From: an uncultured virus (IMG/VR IMGVR_UViG_3300028888_000009)
Taxonomy: Duplodnaviria; Heunggongvirae; Uroviricota; Caudoviricetes
Strand: one strand, 5' to 3'
DNA: 64,000 nucleotides
Virus record (IMG/VR): IMGVR_UViG_3300028888_000009
Shown here: in pieces, positions 32,973 to 42,672 of the stretch
Layout of the letters: the number at the start of each line of letters is the position of its first letter
How positions within the stretch are numbered: the first letter of the stretch is position 1
Translations under genes and position numbers: made by a program
Notes under the pieces: generated by a model
The model's input: only the letters and a program-made list of their open reading frames with translations
What the model was told of the DNA's origin: nothing
Databases searched by the model: none

Positions 32973-33227
32973 ATGGAACAAAGCATTGACAAATTGGTTG
33001 ACTTGATAGCCAACCGCGTAGCCGACATCGTTTGTGAACGTATGGAGCAACGCATTGATAATAAAGCAAATAACCGCCTCGTATCACGAAAGGAGGTAAT
33101 GGCAGAGCTTGACATCAGCGAAGCCACATTGTTTCGTTGGGAGAGGACTGGTCAGCTTCCAAGAGCCGCCACTATTGGCAGGCGTGTGTACTACAACCTA
33201 TCAGACCTTAAACAACTTAAAAACTAA
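32973..33227 (+). CDS. Excisionase / MerR-AlpA-type HTH protein
   Basis: SRKEVMAELDISEATLFRWERTGQLP...IGRRVYY. Confidence 0.8.
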   Translation: MEQSIDKLVDLIANRVADIVCERMEQRIDNKANNRLVSRKEVMAELDISEATLFRWERTGQLPRAATIGRRVYYNLSDLKQLKN

Positions 33228-33231
33228 TACT

Positions 33232-33579
33232 ATGTGTTTATTCAAGAAAAAACAAATCAACGAGTTGAAGAATAAAATCAACAAGTTGGAAGATGAATTA
33301 CATCACGAGCGAGCCGAAAAAGAACAAGCATTAATAAAAGCAGATGCTGTCTTTGAGACTCTTAAATCCGAACAAAAGTTAAGTGAAAAGTATCACCAAG
33401 AAACAACTGCACTACGTAACGTCATTGATCGCCAAGACGAACTCCTCGCCAAGAACAAGAAGCGCATCAAGACGCAACAAGAGATTATCAACAAGCAGAA
33501 CGCACAACTCGGCATCGAGCCGAAGCGCAAGCCTCGCAAGATTGAAGACAAAGACCATGGCCCTTACATTGAAGAATAA
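33232..33579 (+). CDS. Coiled-coil hypothetical protein
   Basis: Start MCLFKKK; heptad pattern. Confidence 0.6.
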   Translation: MCLFKKKQINELKNKINKLEDELHHERAEKEQALIKADAVFETLKSEQKLSEKYHQETTALRNVIDRQDELLAKNKKRIKTQQEIINKQNAQLGIEPKRKPRKIEDKDHGPYIEE

Positions 33580-33599
33580 CCATTTAAAACTATATTGAT

Positions 33600-33869
33600 A
33601 TGGATGAATTAAAAGAAAAAGTCAAACAAATCCTAATTACAGACGGGATTCTTAACAAGGAGCAAGGAGAAATGGAACTTGCCGAGTTGATTGAAGGCGT
33701 GACACCGATGGGTGTTGCAACGCTAATCATTGAAGCCTACAACCAAGGTGTCAATGTGTATTACGAAACCTGGAAGAAGCAGGGTAAAAAAATTGATGAG
33801 TTGACTGCAACCATCGAAAAAGTCAAGGATAGAGTGTTTTTGGATTTTCTCTCATATCAAACTGCGTAA
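33600..33869 (+). CDS. Hypothetical protein
   Basis: 89-aa ORF in the operon. Confidence 0.55.
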   Translation: MDELKEKVKQILITDGILNKEQGEMELAELIEGVTPMGVATLIIEAYNQGVNVYYETWKKQGKKIDELTATIEKVKDRVFLDFLSYQTA

Positions 33870-33872
33870 GCT

Positions 33873-34451
33873 ATGAAGACTTTAACCCAAGAGCAAATCG
33901 ACCTGCTCAACAAGCCTCTACCTGATGAGGCATTGAAGCAGCATCCAACCAAGAGCTTCCTTACCACCATCAATGCAATCTATGTAACCGAAAGACTCAA
34001 CCAAGTATTTGGTGTGGGTGCGTGGCAAACACACGTAGAAGAGGTAACCACTATACCGAGCGGCAAGAATGTTATGGTAGTCACAAAGACCTGCTTTGAG
34101 GTCGAGGAATACGGCATCCACCTTGAAGCCTACGGAGGCAACGATAACGCGGACTTAGGCGATGCTTATAAAGGCAGCATGACCGATGCACTCACCAAGA
34201 TAGGCAGCTACCTCGGTATCGGTGCCCATGTATGGAAGAACCAAGGCACACCCAACGGCAAGCCTTTACCGCAGCAACCTGCAAAGCCGCAGAAGCCGCT
34301 CCGTGAGCGCATCATCGAATACATCTCCAAGATGGACGAGAAGAAACGCAACGAGTATCTTAACTATTTCCAACTCGGTTCGGTTGATGCCATCACCGAC
34401 CAGAAGGCGCAGGAGATTGCAGAATTTGAGAAAAACAAGAAAAAGCAATGA
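33873..34451 (+). CDS. Rad52/Sak-like single-strand annealing protein
   Basis: LTTINAIYVTERLNQVFG..W...DAYKGSMTDALTKIGSYLGIG. Confidence 0.75.
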   Translation: MKTLTQEQIDLLNKPLPDEALKQHPTKSFLTTINAIYVTERLNQVFGVGAWQTHVEEVTTIPSGKNVMVVTKTCFEVEEYGIHLEAYGGNDNADLGDAYKGSMTDALTKIGSYLGIGAHVWKNQGTPNGKPLPQQPAKPQKPLRERIIEYISKMDEKKRNEYLNYFQLGSVDAITDQKAQEIAEFEKNKKKQ

Positions 34452-34675
34452 GTTACCGACTTGAAGACCTTTACCACTTCGCCGTGACCGACGAGGTGAG
34501 CGAGGAGGAAGCGCAACTGGCGGCAAGAAAAGCCGTCGAACACTCCATGCACGAATGGATGAACGACCATCCAGATTACACGCTGCAAGGCATCTTTACA
34601 GCAGGGTGCTGCGCAGGGAGAACAATCGTTAAAAACATCAACAAACACATCAAAAATGGAAAAGTCACTTTATAA
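34448..34675 (+). CDS. Hypothetical protein
   Basis: 75 aa, coupled to its neighbours. Confidence 0.5.
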   Translation: MSYRLEDLYHFAVTDEVSEEEAQLAARKAVEHSMHEWMNDHPDYTLQGIFTAGCCAGRTIVKNINKHIKNGKVTL

Positions 34676-35150
34676 GATTGACAAAGAGCTTATGGCTCTG
34701 CTGGAAGCCATAGCCGAACAAGAGGGCGAAATTACACCCGAACAAGACGAGCAGCTTGCAATCAACCGCTACGAGTTGGAGACCAAAGCCGTTGACTATT
34801 CGATGGCAATCCTGCAACTCAATGCTTGGGTTGAGATGGCCGACAAGGAAGCAAAGCGCGTCACCGCCATCAAGAACGCCTACAAGAAGACCAGCGAAAC
34901 GCTGAAGCAACGCATCACCGATGCCATGGAACGCTACGACATCAAGGAAGTGAAGGATGCCACTATCAAGGTCAGCCTCCGCAAGTCGGTGCAGACAATC
35001 ATCGACGACCTCGACCAAGTGCCGAAGCAATACAAGACCGTCAAGGTGGAGACCACACCCGACAAGACCGCCATCAAGAAGGCGATCCAAGAGGGAGAGA
35101 TTATCGAAGGCGCACATTTGGAAGAAAAGAACAATCTGCAAATCCGATGA
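34656..35150 (+). CDS. Siphovirus Gp157 family protein
   Basis: SLYKID...SLRKS...VPKQY...PDKTAIKKAIQEGEIIEGAHL...LQIR. Confidence 0.85.
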   Translation: MEKSLYKIDKELMALLEAIAEQEGEITPEQDEQLAINRYELETKAVDYSMAILQLNAWVEMADKEAKRVTAIKNAYKKTSETLKQRITDAMERYDIKEVKDATIKVSLRKSVQTIIDDLDQVPKQYKTVKVETTPDKTAIKKAIQEGEIIEGAHLEEKNNLQIR

Positions 35151-35590
35151 ACACCATTGAATTTCGCAAAACGAAAGGCGAAACGCTTGATGTCAGCGCA
35201 CTTTTGGTTTGGGTTGAGCGACATATCAACTGGCTTGGCAATGGCCTCTACGAGCTTAAAATCGCCAAGAAAGTGAAACGCCGTTCCCTACCGCAGAACC
35301 GCCTTATGTGGATGTGGTTCGCCTGCATCAGCAAAGATTGTGGGCAGAGCATTGACGACATTCACGACTACTACGCCTATAAATTCCTGCCTCGGTTTAT
35401 AACAGATTTGGAAACGGGCAGTCAGGTGAGGGTTGCGGGTCACACCTCGACCCTCACCACCGAGGCTTTCACCGAGTTCCTGAACCAAGTGCAGGCCGAT
35501 GCCGCAACGGAGTTGAACATCACGCTGCCGACTCCCGACGACTTGGCTTGGGAAGAGTTTGAGCAACAATTCAAGGAGTACGCACGATGA
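35147..35590 (+). CDS. NinB/Orf-like recombination protein
   Basis: KRRSLPQNRLMW...TSTLTTEAFTEFL...ITLP. Confidence 0.7.
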   Translation: MNTIEFRKTKGETLDVSALLVWVERHINWLGNGLYELKIAKKVKRRSLPQNRLMWMWFACISKDCGQSIDDIHDYYAYKFLPRFITDLETGSQVRVAGHTSTLTTEAFTEFLNQVQADAATELNITLPTPDDLAWEEFEQQFKEYAR

Positions 35591-36315
35591 AGATTGATGG
35601 AAAAGTGCATTGCTTTTTTGAGCAAAGCGGAACTTTCAAAAACGAGTTCATCAAGCTGGGCATCCATGCCGAAGACTATGACATCCAGAACAACTTCGGA
35701 GAGACAGACCATACCGACGACTTGTTTAAGGCTATCGAAGATGCTTATGATGGGAAGCCGAGTCTTTTTGATGACATCACGCCAAATGACTTGATAATGG
35801 CTTTTTTCCCTTGTATCTATTTTTCGTGCATGAGTCAAATGCTGATAAGTTACACCCATCGCAACTACACCAACTACACCCCAAAGCAAAGGATGGATGC
35901 AATACTTGAACGGTCTGCGAATCGAGAGTTGTTTTTTGCAAGGGCTGTAAAGATGATTGCTATAGCAAAAATAAGGGGACTTCGATTGATTATGGAAAAT
36001 CCTTGGAGTGAGCAAACATTCCTAAAACAAAACTTCCCTTTCAACCCATCAATAGTTGATAAGAATAGACTATTGCGCGGAGATTTTTATGTAAAACCTA
36101 CAGCATACTGGTTCGTTAATTGTGAGCCAACACACGGATTCACATATCAACCAAGAGAGAAGGGTAAGAATATTTGCCAAATCGAGCCTAATCACATGCC
36201 AGGAATATGCAACGAAGAGCGCAGCATGATTTCTCCCGACTATGCCCGCAACTTCATCTGCGACTTCATCCTTGGGAAGGAACAACCAAACTCACAACTA
36301 ACACTATTCCAATGA
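35587..36315 (+). CDS. Putative C5-cytosine DNA methyltransferase-like protein
   Basis: CFFEQSG (motif I-like), AFFPC (motif IV), IMENP (motif VI), KPT. Confidence 0.55.
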   Translation: MKIDGKVHCFFEQSGTFKNEFIKLGIHAEDYDIQNNFGETDHTDDLFKAIEDAYDGKPSLFDDITPNDLIMAFFPCIYFSCMSQMLISYTHRNYTNYTPKQRMDAILERSANRELFFARAVKMIAIAKIRGLRLIMENPWSEQTFLKQNFPFNPSIVDKNRLLRGDFYVKPTAYWFVNCEPTHGFTYQPREKGKNICQIEPNHMPGICNEERSMISPDYARNFICDFILGKEQPNSQLTLFQ

Positions 36316-36464
36316 TTACAGAAGAGCAAATCACCGCCAAGGCACATGAGGAAGCGCTGCGCAACATCACCGACTACGCGCCTCACTCGTTCCAAGCAGG
36401 CTTCATCATGGGAGCCAAGTGGATATTGAACGAATTAAACAAGAATCAACATGGGATGGATTAA
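36312..36464 (+). CDS. Hypothetical protein
   Basis: MITEEQI...AGFIMGAKW; ATGA-coupled. Confidence 0.5.
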   Translation: MITEEQITAKAHEEALRNITDYAPHSFQAGFIMGAKWILNELNKNQHGMD

Positions 36465-37155
36465 ACTACATCGTAAAATTGAACAATGTTCATTCTATTT
36501 CTCCGAGCCGTTCACACGGATGCAGGCATGGATTGATTTGCTTCTCATCGCCAACCACGATGAAAAAGATGTATTCATCAGAGGAAACAAGGTGACCGTC
36601 CATAGAGGTGAAATCGCCTATAGTTCCGAAAATTTGGCGCAACGATGGAAGTGGTCTCGCGGTAAAGTTCTGAGATTCTTGTATTACATTGAGGATATGG
36701 GTATGATAGTACAGCAGAAATCTTTTGTAATATCCACAATATCAATATGCAACTACGAAAAGTATCAAGGAAACGGTACAGCAGACGATACATCAGATAG
36801 TACAGCAGACGATACAGCGGACGGACATCAGACGGTACAGCAGATAGTACACAAACAAGAATATAAGAAAGAAAAGAAAGAAAAAGAAGAGAATAATATA
36901 TCCCCCTTATTTGTTCCCCCAACGGTCGATGATGTTGCTGCCTATTGTCAAGAACGGAACAACGGAGTGGATGCCGATAGGTTTGTGGCATATTACGAGA
37001 GTGTCGGTTGGAAGGTTGGCAAGAACAAGATGAAGGACTGGAAAGCCGCTGTAAGGACTTGGGAGCGGAAAGACAAACAAGAACATCAGGCGCAACCACC
37101 ACAACAACCAGGCTGTATTTGGAGTACGGCCGAGCAGCGGTGGATACCCATCTAA
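36451..37155 (+). CDS. Replication initiator (lambda O / DnaD-like)
   Basis: MGWIKLHRKI...WIDLLLIANH...LAQRWKWS...ICNYEKYQ N-domain; FVPPTVDDV...GWKVGKNKMKDWKAAVRTWE C-domain; internal iterons. Confidence 0.8.
   Translation: MGWIKLHRKIEQCSFYFSEPFTRMQAWIDLLLIANHDEKDVFIRGNKVTVHRGEIAYSSENLAQRWKWSRGKVLRFLYYIEDMGMIVQQKSFVISTISICNYEKYQGNGTADDTSDSTADDTADGHQTVQQIVHKQEYKKEKKEKEENNISPLFVPPTVDDVAAYCQERNNGVDADRFVAYYESVGWKVGKNKMKDWKAAVRTWERKDKQEHQAQPPQQPGCIWSTAEQRWIPI
36774..36900. repeat. Putative replication origin: six 11-12-bp iterons plus an A-rich tract
   Basis: cggtacagcaga cgatacatcaga tagtacagcaga cgatacagcgga cggacatcaga cggtacagcaga, then A-rich 36853-36900. Confidence 0.75.
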
Positions 37156-37167
37156 CACAATTCAATC

Positions 37168-39063
37168 ATGTTTAACAACTGGCGCAAATACGGAATAGAT
37201 GTTCCGCACAATAGGTTTTCGGGCAACTACAAGACCACCTGCCCAAACTGCCGCGACCATAGAGGCAACCCTAACGATAGGTCGCTATCGTGCAACCTCG
37301 CCACGGGTCAGTTCAACTGCCACCATTGCGGATGGAGCGGATGCGTAGCCGAGGAAGAGCCTTGGGAACAGCAGGAGAGGCAACGCGCTTGGTTCAACGA
37401 AAACCCTTTAAGCAGGCAGAAGAAAGAATACCGCAAGCCGAAACCAAGACCTGCATCAAAGTTCAGCGAAAAAATGCTGGCCTACATCAAGAGCCGTGGC
37501 ATCAGCGAAGAGACCCTTACCGCGATGAAGGTAACGGAAGGCATTGAAGGTATGCCTCGCAAGGATGGCTCGTTCAAGGATATGAACACCATCCAGTTCA
37601 ACTACTACCACAATGGCGAGCTTGTCAACACCAAGTTCCGCACTGGCGACAAGTGTTTCAAGATGGTGAGCGGTGCAGAGCTGCTGCCTTACAACATAGA
37701 CTCCATTAAAGGCGCACCAAACTGCATCATCACGGAAGGCGAGTTCGATGCCCTCTCGTTCTACGAAGCAGGCTATCACAATGTGGTGAGCGTTCCCAAT
37801 GGAGCCAACACCAACCTTGAATGGCTTGACGACTACCAAGAGGACTATTTCGATGACAAGGAGACCATCTACATCGCATCAGACACCGACACCAAAGGCG
37901 AGGTGCTGAAGAACGAGCTGCTTCGCCGATTCGGTGTTGAACGATGCAAGGTGGTGGAATACGGAGAAGGCTGCAAAGATGCCAACGAGCATCTGGTCAA
38001 GTATGGGCAGAAAAGCCTATGCAAGTGCATTGAGAACGCCAAGCTCATTCCTGTTGACGGAGTGTTCACCCTGTCCGACATTGAGTCGCGGATGGATGTC
38101 CTCTACCAGACGGGGTTGAAGCAGGGTGCTACCATCGGGCATTACAACTTTGACGAGTATTGCTCCTTTGAGACCAAGACGCTCGGCATCGTGACTGGCA
38201 TACCCAACCACGGCAAGAGCGAGTGGCTTGACGAGATGGTCTACCGCCTAAACCTTCGCTACGGATGGAAATGGGCTTACTTCTCGCCAGAGAACGAACC
38301 CCTTGAACTCCACATGGCAAAGCTCATTGAGAAGTTCGTGGGTAAGAAATTCAGCAAGGACACGATGCAGATTGCAGAATATACCTATGCCAAGCAGCAC
38401 ATCAACGCGAATTTCTTCTTCATCTGCCCCAACGATGACTACAAGCCCGAAACGATACTCGCAGCAGCCAAGGCTCTTGTGAGGCGATACGGCATCAAAG
38501 GTGTCGTAATTGACCCATACAACTACCTTGAGGCGCAGATGGAACACAACCAAAACGAGACGCAGTACATCAGCGAACTCCTGGGTAAGTTCAAGACCTT
38601 CGCCAAGATCAACGATGTGGTGGTCATCATCGTGGCACACCCAGCCAAGATGCAGAAGAACAAGCAGACCTTGAAATACGACCCACCGACACTCTACGAC
38701 ATCAGCGGCTCGGCACACTTCTACAACAAGGCCGACTTCGGCATAACAGTACACCGCGACTTCGACAACGATTTGACGGAGGTATATGTGCAGAAAGTGC
38801 GCTTCCGTCACCTCGGAAAGAAAGGAGTCGCCAAGTTCAAGTACAACCTTACCAATGGAAGGTATGTGCCTGCTCCCGAAATCGCAGGAGAGCTTCCACA
38901 ATGGGACAACACCAACCACCTGACAGAGAAAATCAAGGAGCAAGAGGTGAAAGCCTCCGAAGCCTCCGTGATTGACTTCACGAAGATGGCATACGAGCAA
39001 GAACAAGAATACGAACAACAACAATGGTGGCAGGAGCCTACCGACGAGGAGCCGCCGTTCTAA
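37168..39063 (+). CDS. Primase-helicase (T7 gp4/Twinkle-like)
   Basis: Zn motif CPNC...CHHC; Toprim ITEGEFDALS...DTDTKG...KDANE; Walker A GIPNHGKS; VIDPYN; VAHP; YDISGSAHF. Confidence 0.92.
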   Translation: MFNNWRKYGIDVPHNRFSGNYKTTCPNCRDHRGNPNDRSLSCNLATGQFNCHHCGWSGCVAEEEPWEQQERQRAWFNENPLSRQKKEYRKPKPRPASKFSEKMLAYIKSRGISEETLTAMKVTEGIEGMPRKDGSFKDMNTIQFNYYHNGELVNTKFRTGDKCFKMVSGAELLPYNIDSIKGAPNCIITEGEFDALSFYEAGYHNVVSVPNGANTNLEWLDDYQEDYFDDKETIYIASDTDTKGEVLKNELLRRFGVERCKVVEYGEGCKDANEHLVKYGQKSLCKCIENAKLIPVDGVFTLSDIESRMDVLYQTGLKQGATIGHYNFDEYCSFETKTLGIVTGIPNHGKSEWLDEMVYRLNLRYGWKWAYFSPENEPLELHMAKLIEKFVGKKFSKDTMQIAEYTYAKQHINANFFFICPNDDYKPETILAAAKALVRRYGIKGVVIDPYNYLEAQMEHNQNETQYISELLGKFKTFAKINDVVVIIVAHPAKMQKNKQTLKYDPPTLYDISGSAHFYNKADFGITVHRDFDNDLTEVYVQKVRFRHLGKKGVAKFKYNLTNGRYVPAPEIAGELPQWDNTNHLTEKIKEQEVKASEASVIDFTKMAYEQEQEYEQQQWWQEPTDEEPPF

Positions 39064-39075
39064 AACACAAACACT

Positions 39076-39267
39076 ATGGCTACAAAGAAATTCAACCCAG
39101 CCGAATGGCTAAAAGAAGAACCGAAAGAAATGAAAGACTTCAATGTGCTTCTCAATGAAGCTGGATTCACAGCGGCTGATGGAGAATACTATCCATCTAC
39201 CGACTATAGGGATTGTCTCATCAACCTGCTTCGTGGAATGTACGATGAAATCAAGAAGCTACAATGA
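39076..39267 (+). CDS. Hypothetical protein
   Basis: 63-aa ORF. Confidence 0.5.
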   Translation: MATKKFNPAEWLKEEPKEMKDFNVLLNEAGFTAADGEYYPSTDYRDCLINLLRGMYDEIKKLQ

Positions 39268-39392
39268 CCGATGAGGATATACAACTCTGCTACGACAACT
39301 GGCAACGCTACAAGTGGAAATGCGAGGAGTTCAAGGAAGAGTTTGTGAAATTCTTTGAGAACCACAAACCAAGAAATGCCTCAACGACTTAA
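39264..39392 (+). CDS. Hypothetical protein
   Basis: 42-aa ATGA-coupled ORF (MTDEDIQLCYDNW...). Confidence 0.4.
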   Translation: MTDEDIQLCYDNWQRYKWKCEEFKEEFVKFFENHKPRNASTT

Positions 39393-39465
39393 TCCTGCGC
39401 ACCTACAAGCGATTTTTCCACCAAAGACGATAAATGTATCAACCCGACAATAAAAACGCGCTACA

Positions 39466-40167
39466 ATGAGCCAATACACAATAACGATTCAAGGGAAGCT
39501 GCCCAACACAACCGAGGTATGGAAAGATATTCCTGGTTATAATGGGAAGTATCAAGTATCATTATCAGGCGTTGTTAGAAGTGTGTATAGATACAAAGGT
39601 AAGAATCTTTGCACACACTATAAAACGAGAAAGGCCGATAAAGGGAGTTATTTACTTTCAATAAACGGGATAGAGAAAAAATACTGCGTTGATTACCTAA
39701 TAGACATAACATTTGGGGTTCAACATATTCATTCTTTGGAAGGTGAAATATGGAAACCCATTGCTGGATACGAAGGCTACTACAAGGTTAGTAACTACGG
39801 AAGAATCCTTGCTGAAAGGAGATTGCTTGTTAGAAAAAACGGAGTAATTCAGTTCTGCAAAGAACAAATAGTTCAAGCGAAGACTGTTATCAATTCCGGG
39901 TATGGTATAGTAAACCTACACAAAGACAAACATCTGCAAAAGTTCCTAATTCACAGATTGGTTGCCGAACATTTTGTTGAGAATCCAAACGGATATGAGT
40001 TTGTAAATCATAAAGATGAAAACAAACTCAATAACCATGCTGACAATTTGGAGTGGTGTACAAAACAGTATAACCGAAAATACGGAACAGCAGAGCAAAG
40101 AAGGATTGCTACAAGGCTTAAAAACAACAATGGGAAATATGGATACAAACGCAAAGTAAACAGATAA
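39466..40167 (+). CDS. NUMOD4-HNH homing endonuclease
   Basis: Two NUMOD4 motifs (EVWKDIPGYNGKYQVS, EIWKPIAGYEGYYKVSNYG); HRLVAEHF...VNHKDENKLNNHADNLEW; AT-rich. Confidence 0.9.
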   Translation: MSQYTITIQGKLPNTTEVWKDIPGYNGKYQVSLSGVVRSVYRYKGKNLCTHYKTRKADKGSYLLSINGIEKKYCVDYLIDITFGVQHIHSLEGEIWKPIAGYEGYYKVSNYGRILAERRLLVRKNGVIQFCKEQIVQAKTVINSGYGIVNLHKDKHLQKFLIHRLVAEHFVENPNGYEFVNHKDENKLNNHADNLEWCTKQYNRKYGTAEQRRIATRLKNNNGKYGYKRKVNR

Positions 40168-40172
40168 TCAAA

Positions 40173-40532
40173 ATGGTAAAATTCACAATTTTAGGCGACC
40201 CCGTGTCAAAAGCCAATTCATATAAAGTGGCTACAATAGCTGGCCACGGAACATTGGTGAAGACCAAGGCGGTTAAGGAATACGAGAACGCATTCTATCT
40301 CCAATGCCCTTGCAGAAACGCAAACATACAAGGGTGGTTCAAGATAGAGATACGATGCTTCTTCGCATCAAACCGAAAAGACCTTGACGGATGCTTCAAA
40401 GTCATACTTGACTGCCTCCAGTCCTGCAAGGTCATCAAGAACGACCGACAATGCACAGAAATACACGCCTTCAAATTTGTTGACAAGACCAATCCGAGAG
40501 TAGAACTAACCATTACGGAGATAGAGATATGA
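40173..40532 (+). CDS. rusA: RusA-family Holliday junction resolvase
   Basis: GDPVSKAN...KDLDGCFKVILDCLQ...IKNDRQ...PRVELTI. Confidence 0.85.
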   Translation: MVKFTILGDPVSKANSYKVATIAGHGTLVKTKAVKEYENAFYLQCPCRNANIQGWFKIEIRCFFASNRKDLDGCFKVILDCLQSCKVIKNDRQCTEIHAFKFVDKTNPRVELTITEIEI

Positions 40533-40828
40533 TTCAATACGAGACCAAAGACACGCTCGATGTGGGAGACTTCGTGGCGGTAACACTCCACACCCCCATC
40601 GTACACACCGCCTACTACCGGGCGAAGAGGATGACCAACCAGCGTCCTTGTTCGCTCCAATGCGACCTGCACAACGGTGTCCGCTGCAACGGATACTGCT
40701 ACCGCTACAAGAACGACGACATCTGCTTCACAGCCATCGAGCAACCAGACAACTGCATAATAGTGGAGACCGAGTTCGCCAAGGCTTGCAGGGAGATGGA
40801 AACAATAGACAAACAACCTAACACATAA
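40529..40828 (+). CDS. Cys-rich hypothetical protein
   Basis: 99 aa, coupled; CSLQCDL...CNGYC. Confidence 0.55.
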   Translation: MIQYETKDTLDVGDFVAVTLHTPIVHTAYYRAKRMTNQRPCSLQCDLHNGVRCNGYCYRYKNDDICFTAIEQPDNCIIVETEFAKACREMETIDKQPNT

Positions 40829-40832
40829 CACA

Positions 40833-41168
40833 ATGAAAACACATTACGGACAATTAGACCTTACAAAACTTGGCCGCATCGCCAAGCAACACCCCGAACT
40901 CGTCAAGCGAGTCAAGTTCAAGGACGGAGAACACCAACTCCTCAACATTGACATCCACAACCGCAAGGAAGCCGACGACCACGGCAACACCGCTTTCATC
41001 AAAGCCGCCTGCAAGCGCGAGGAAGAACGCCAAGGTGTTTCGTACTTCATCGGCGACCTTAAACCCTCAAAGTTCACCGACCAACCGCAACAACAACAGC
41101 AAGACAACTTCGACCAACCTTTGCCGCCAGTCGGACAAGAGGAAGGCTACGGAGACCTGCCGTTCTGA
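40833..41168 (+). CDS. Single-stranded DNA-binding protein (phage type)
   Basis: LDLTKL N-terminus, Q-rich linker, acidic GDLPF C-terminal tip. Confidence 0.65.
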   Translation: MKTHYGQLDLTKLGRIAKQHPELVKRVKFKDGEHQLLNIDIHNRKEADDHGNTAFIKAACKREEERQGVSYFIGDLKPSKFTDQPQQQQQDNFDQPLPPVGQEEGYGDLPF

Positions 41169-41866
41169 TGTATCACTCGCCCGCCAAGGCCGCAAGGTAC
41201 AGCGGGCTTAAATCAAGACAAATGAGCCGACACCACAAGACAGGACAGCAGCCGCAGAAGGACATCAAGGCGCAACTCCAAAGGCAGATAGCGCAGCAGA
41301 TGTACGACAAGTTAGAAGAAGCGGAATACAAGTACATGAGCCAACGCGCTTCCATCCTCACCTACTTCTGCCAATACGCCTCTGTGCAACTTGAAGAGTT
41401 TATCGAACACTTTGACGGAAACAACTGCACCTTCACGATACAACTCCGAAACAAGGCGAAGGTGGCGATGAAGGCTTGCGACGAGTTCATGCGGTACTTC
41501 GAGCCGCTTATCCACCCCGACAACAGAGAGGATTGGAACAACGACTATTTCCAACTGCAATACGCCTTGGATAACTGGTTTAACCACGACAGCAATGTCC
41601 GCTACCAGAAGGACAGCGAGGCGGAGAGAGCCAAGGAGATATGCCGTGCCGCAGCCTTGCGTTACCACGACCCATACGAGACTAACTTGCAACGCACCTT
41701 CGAGGCAGGATTCCGCGAGGGAGCGGCATACGCAGACCTACACCCGATAGACTCCATCACCATCACCGACAACGGAGTGAAGAAGCAAGTGACCTTGAAG
41801 GAACTCGCAGAGGCCTACACGGGCAAGATCGACATCATCGTAGAACTTAATACAAAGAAGCTATGA
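41168..41866 (+). CDS. Hypothetical protein
   Basis: 232-aa ORF with phage-like codon usage. Confidence 0.65.
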   Translation: MYHSPAKAARYSGLKSRQMSRHHKTGQQPQKDIKAQLQRQIAQQMYDKLEEAEYKYMSQRASILTYFCQYASVQLEEFIEHFDGNNCTFTIQLRNKAKVAMKACDEFMRYFEPLIHPDNREDWNNDYFQLQYALDNWFNHDSNVRYQKDSEAERAKEICRAAALRYHDPYETNLQRTFEAGFREGAAYADLHPIDSITITDNGVKKQVTLKELAEAYTGKIDIIVELNTKKL

Positions 41867-42069
41867 CCGACAAAGAAAGACAAGAACTTATAGAGCATTG
41901 GATGCTGTTAGCACAAACCGTGTTTGCCGCCGAGGACAACATCAGCGATGAATGGAAGCCGAAGTTGGAGGCATCAAAGAACGCATCCGCAATCGTAAAG
42001 GAGCAGATGGCTGATGCTTACCTTCGAGCAATAGCAACTGAAATAATTGAGAAAGGATACGAGGAATGA
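41863..42069 (+). CDS. Hypothetical protein
   Basis: ATGA-coupled. Confidence 0.55.
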   Translation: MTDKERQELIEHWMLLAQTVFAAEDNISDEWKPKLEASKNASAIVKEQMADAYLRAIATEIIEKGYEE

Positions 42070-42263
42070 GCAAATCAAAAAGAACAATCAAGTCTATATT
42101 TGAGGTGGCAGAAGACAGCGACCTCGCAGCCATCTACTTCAAAGTAGGAAACAAGAGGATAGATTGGTGTAACCTAACGAGGATGGAGCAGATACACATA
42201 CTCAACGCTTGGGCAGGACATTACCAACTATTCGCCAAATTCTTAAAGGAGGGTATGCAATGA
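42066..42263 (+). CDS. Hypothetical protein
   Basis: ATGA-coupled. Confidence 0.55.
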   Translation: MSKSKRTIKSIFEVAEDSDLAAIYFKVGNKRIDWCNLTRMEQIHILNAWAGHYQLFAKFLKEGMQ

Positions 42264-42442
42264 CCGAACACAAAGCATCATTCCGCATCGTCTGCGACAT
42301 CAACTCCGAATTTAGAGTTGAAGTCCTCGACAAGACCATCAACCACTGGTACATCGTGGCCTCCAAGATGGGCAAAGGACAGGCAGGCTACGAAGCCGCC
42401 AACGCATATTGTAAAGAACACTTTAAAAACGTACTACAATGA
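42260..42442 (+). CDS. Hypothetical protein
   Basis: Start MTEHKASF; ATGA-coupled. Confidence 0.55.
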   Translation: MTEHKASFRIVCDINSEFRVEVLDKTINHWYIVASKMGKGQAGYEAANAYCKEHFKNVLQ

Positions 42443-42672
42443 TTAACGAAGAATTCATCAATGAACAAAGCACGGCATCACAGAACAACCGAATCGCCGA
42501 GCATCTGCACAAAGGGTTGAAAATAACGAGCCTCGAAGCACTCAAACTATTCGGCTGCATGAGGCTGGCATCACGCATCCACGACCTAAGAGAGCGCGGA
42601 GAGAACATCATCGTAGAGAAAGTAAAACTCGCCAACGGCAAGTCCGTGGCACAATACCGCCTTGCCGTATGA
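42439..42672 (+). CDS. Winged-HTH protein
   Basis: ITSLEALKLFGCMRLASRIHDLRERG...AQYRL. Confidence 0.75.
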   Translation: MINEEFINEQSTASQNNRIAEHLHKGLKITSLEALKLFGCMRLASRIHDLRERGENIIVEKVKLANGKSVAQYRLAV

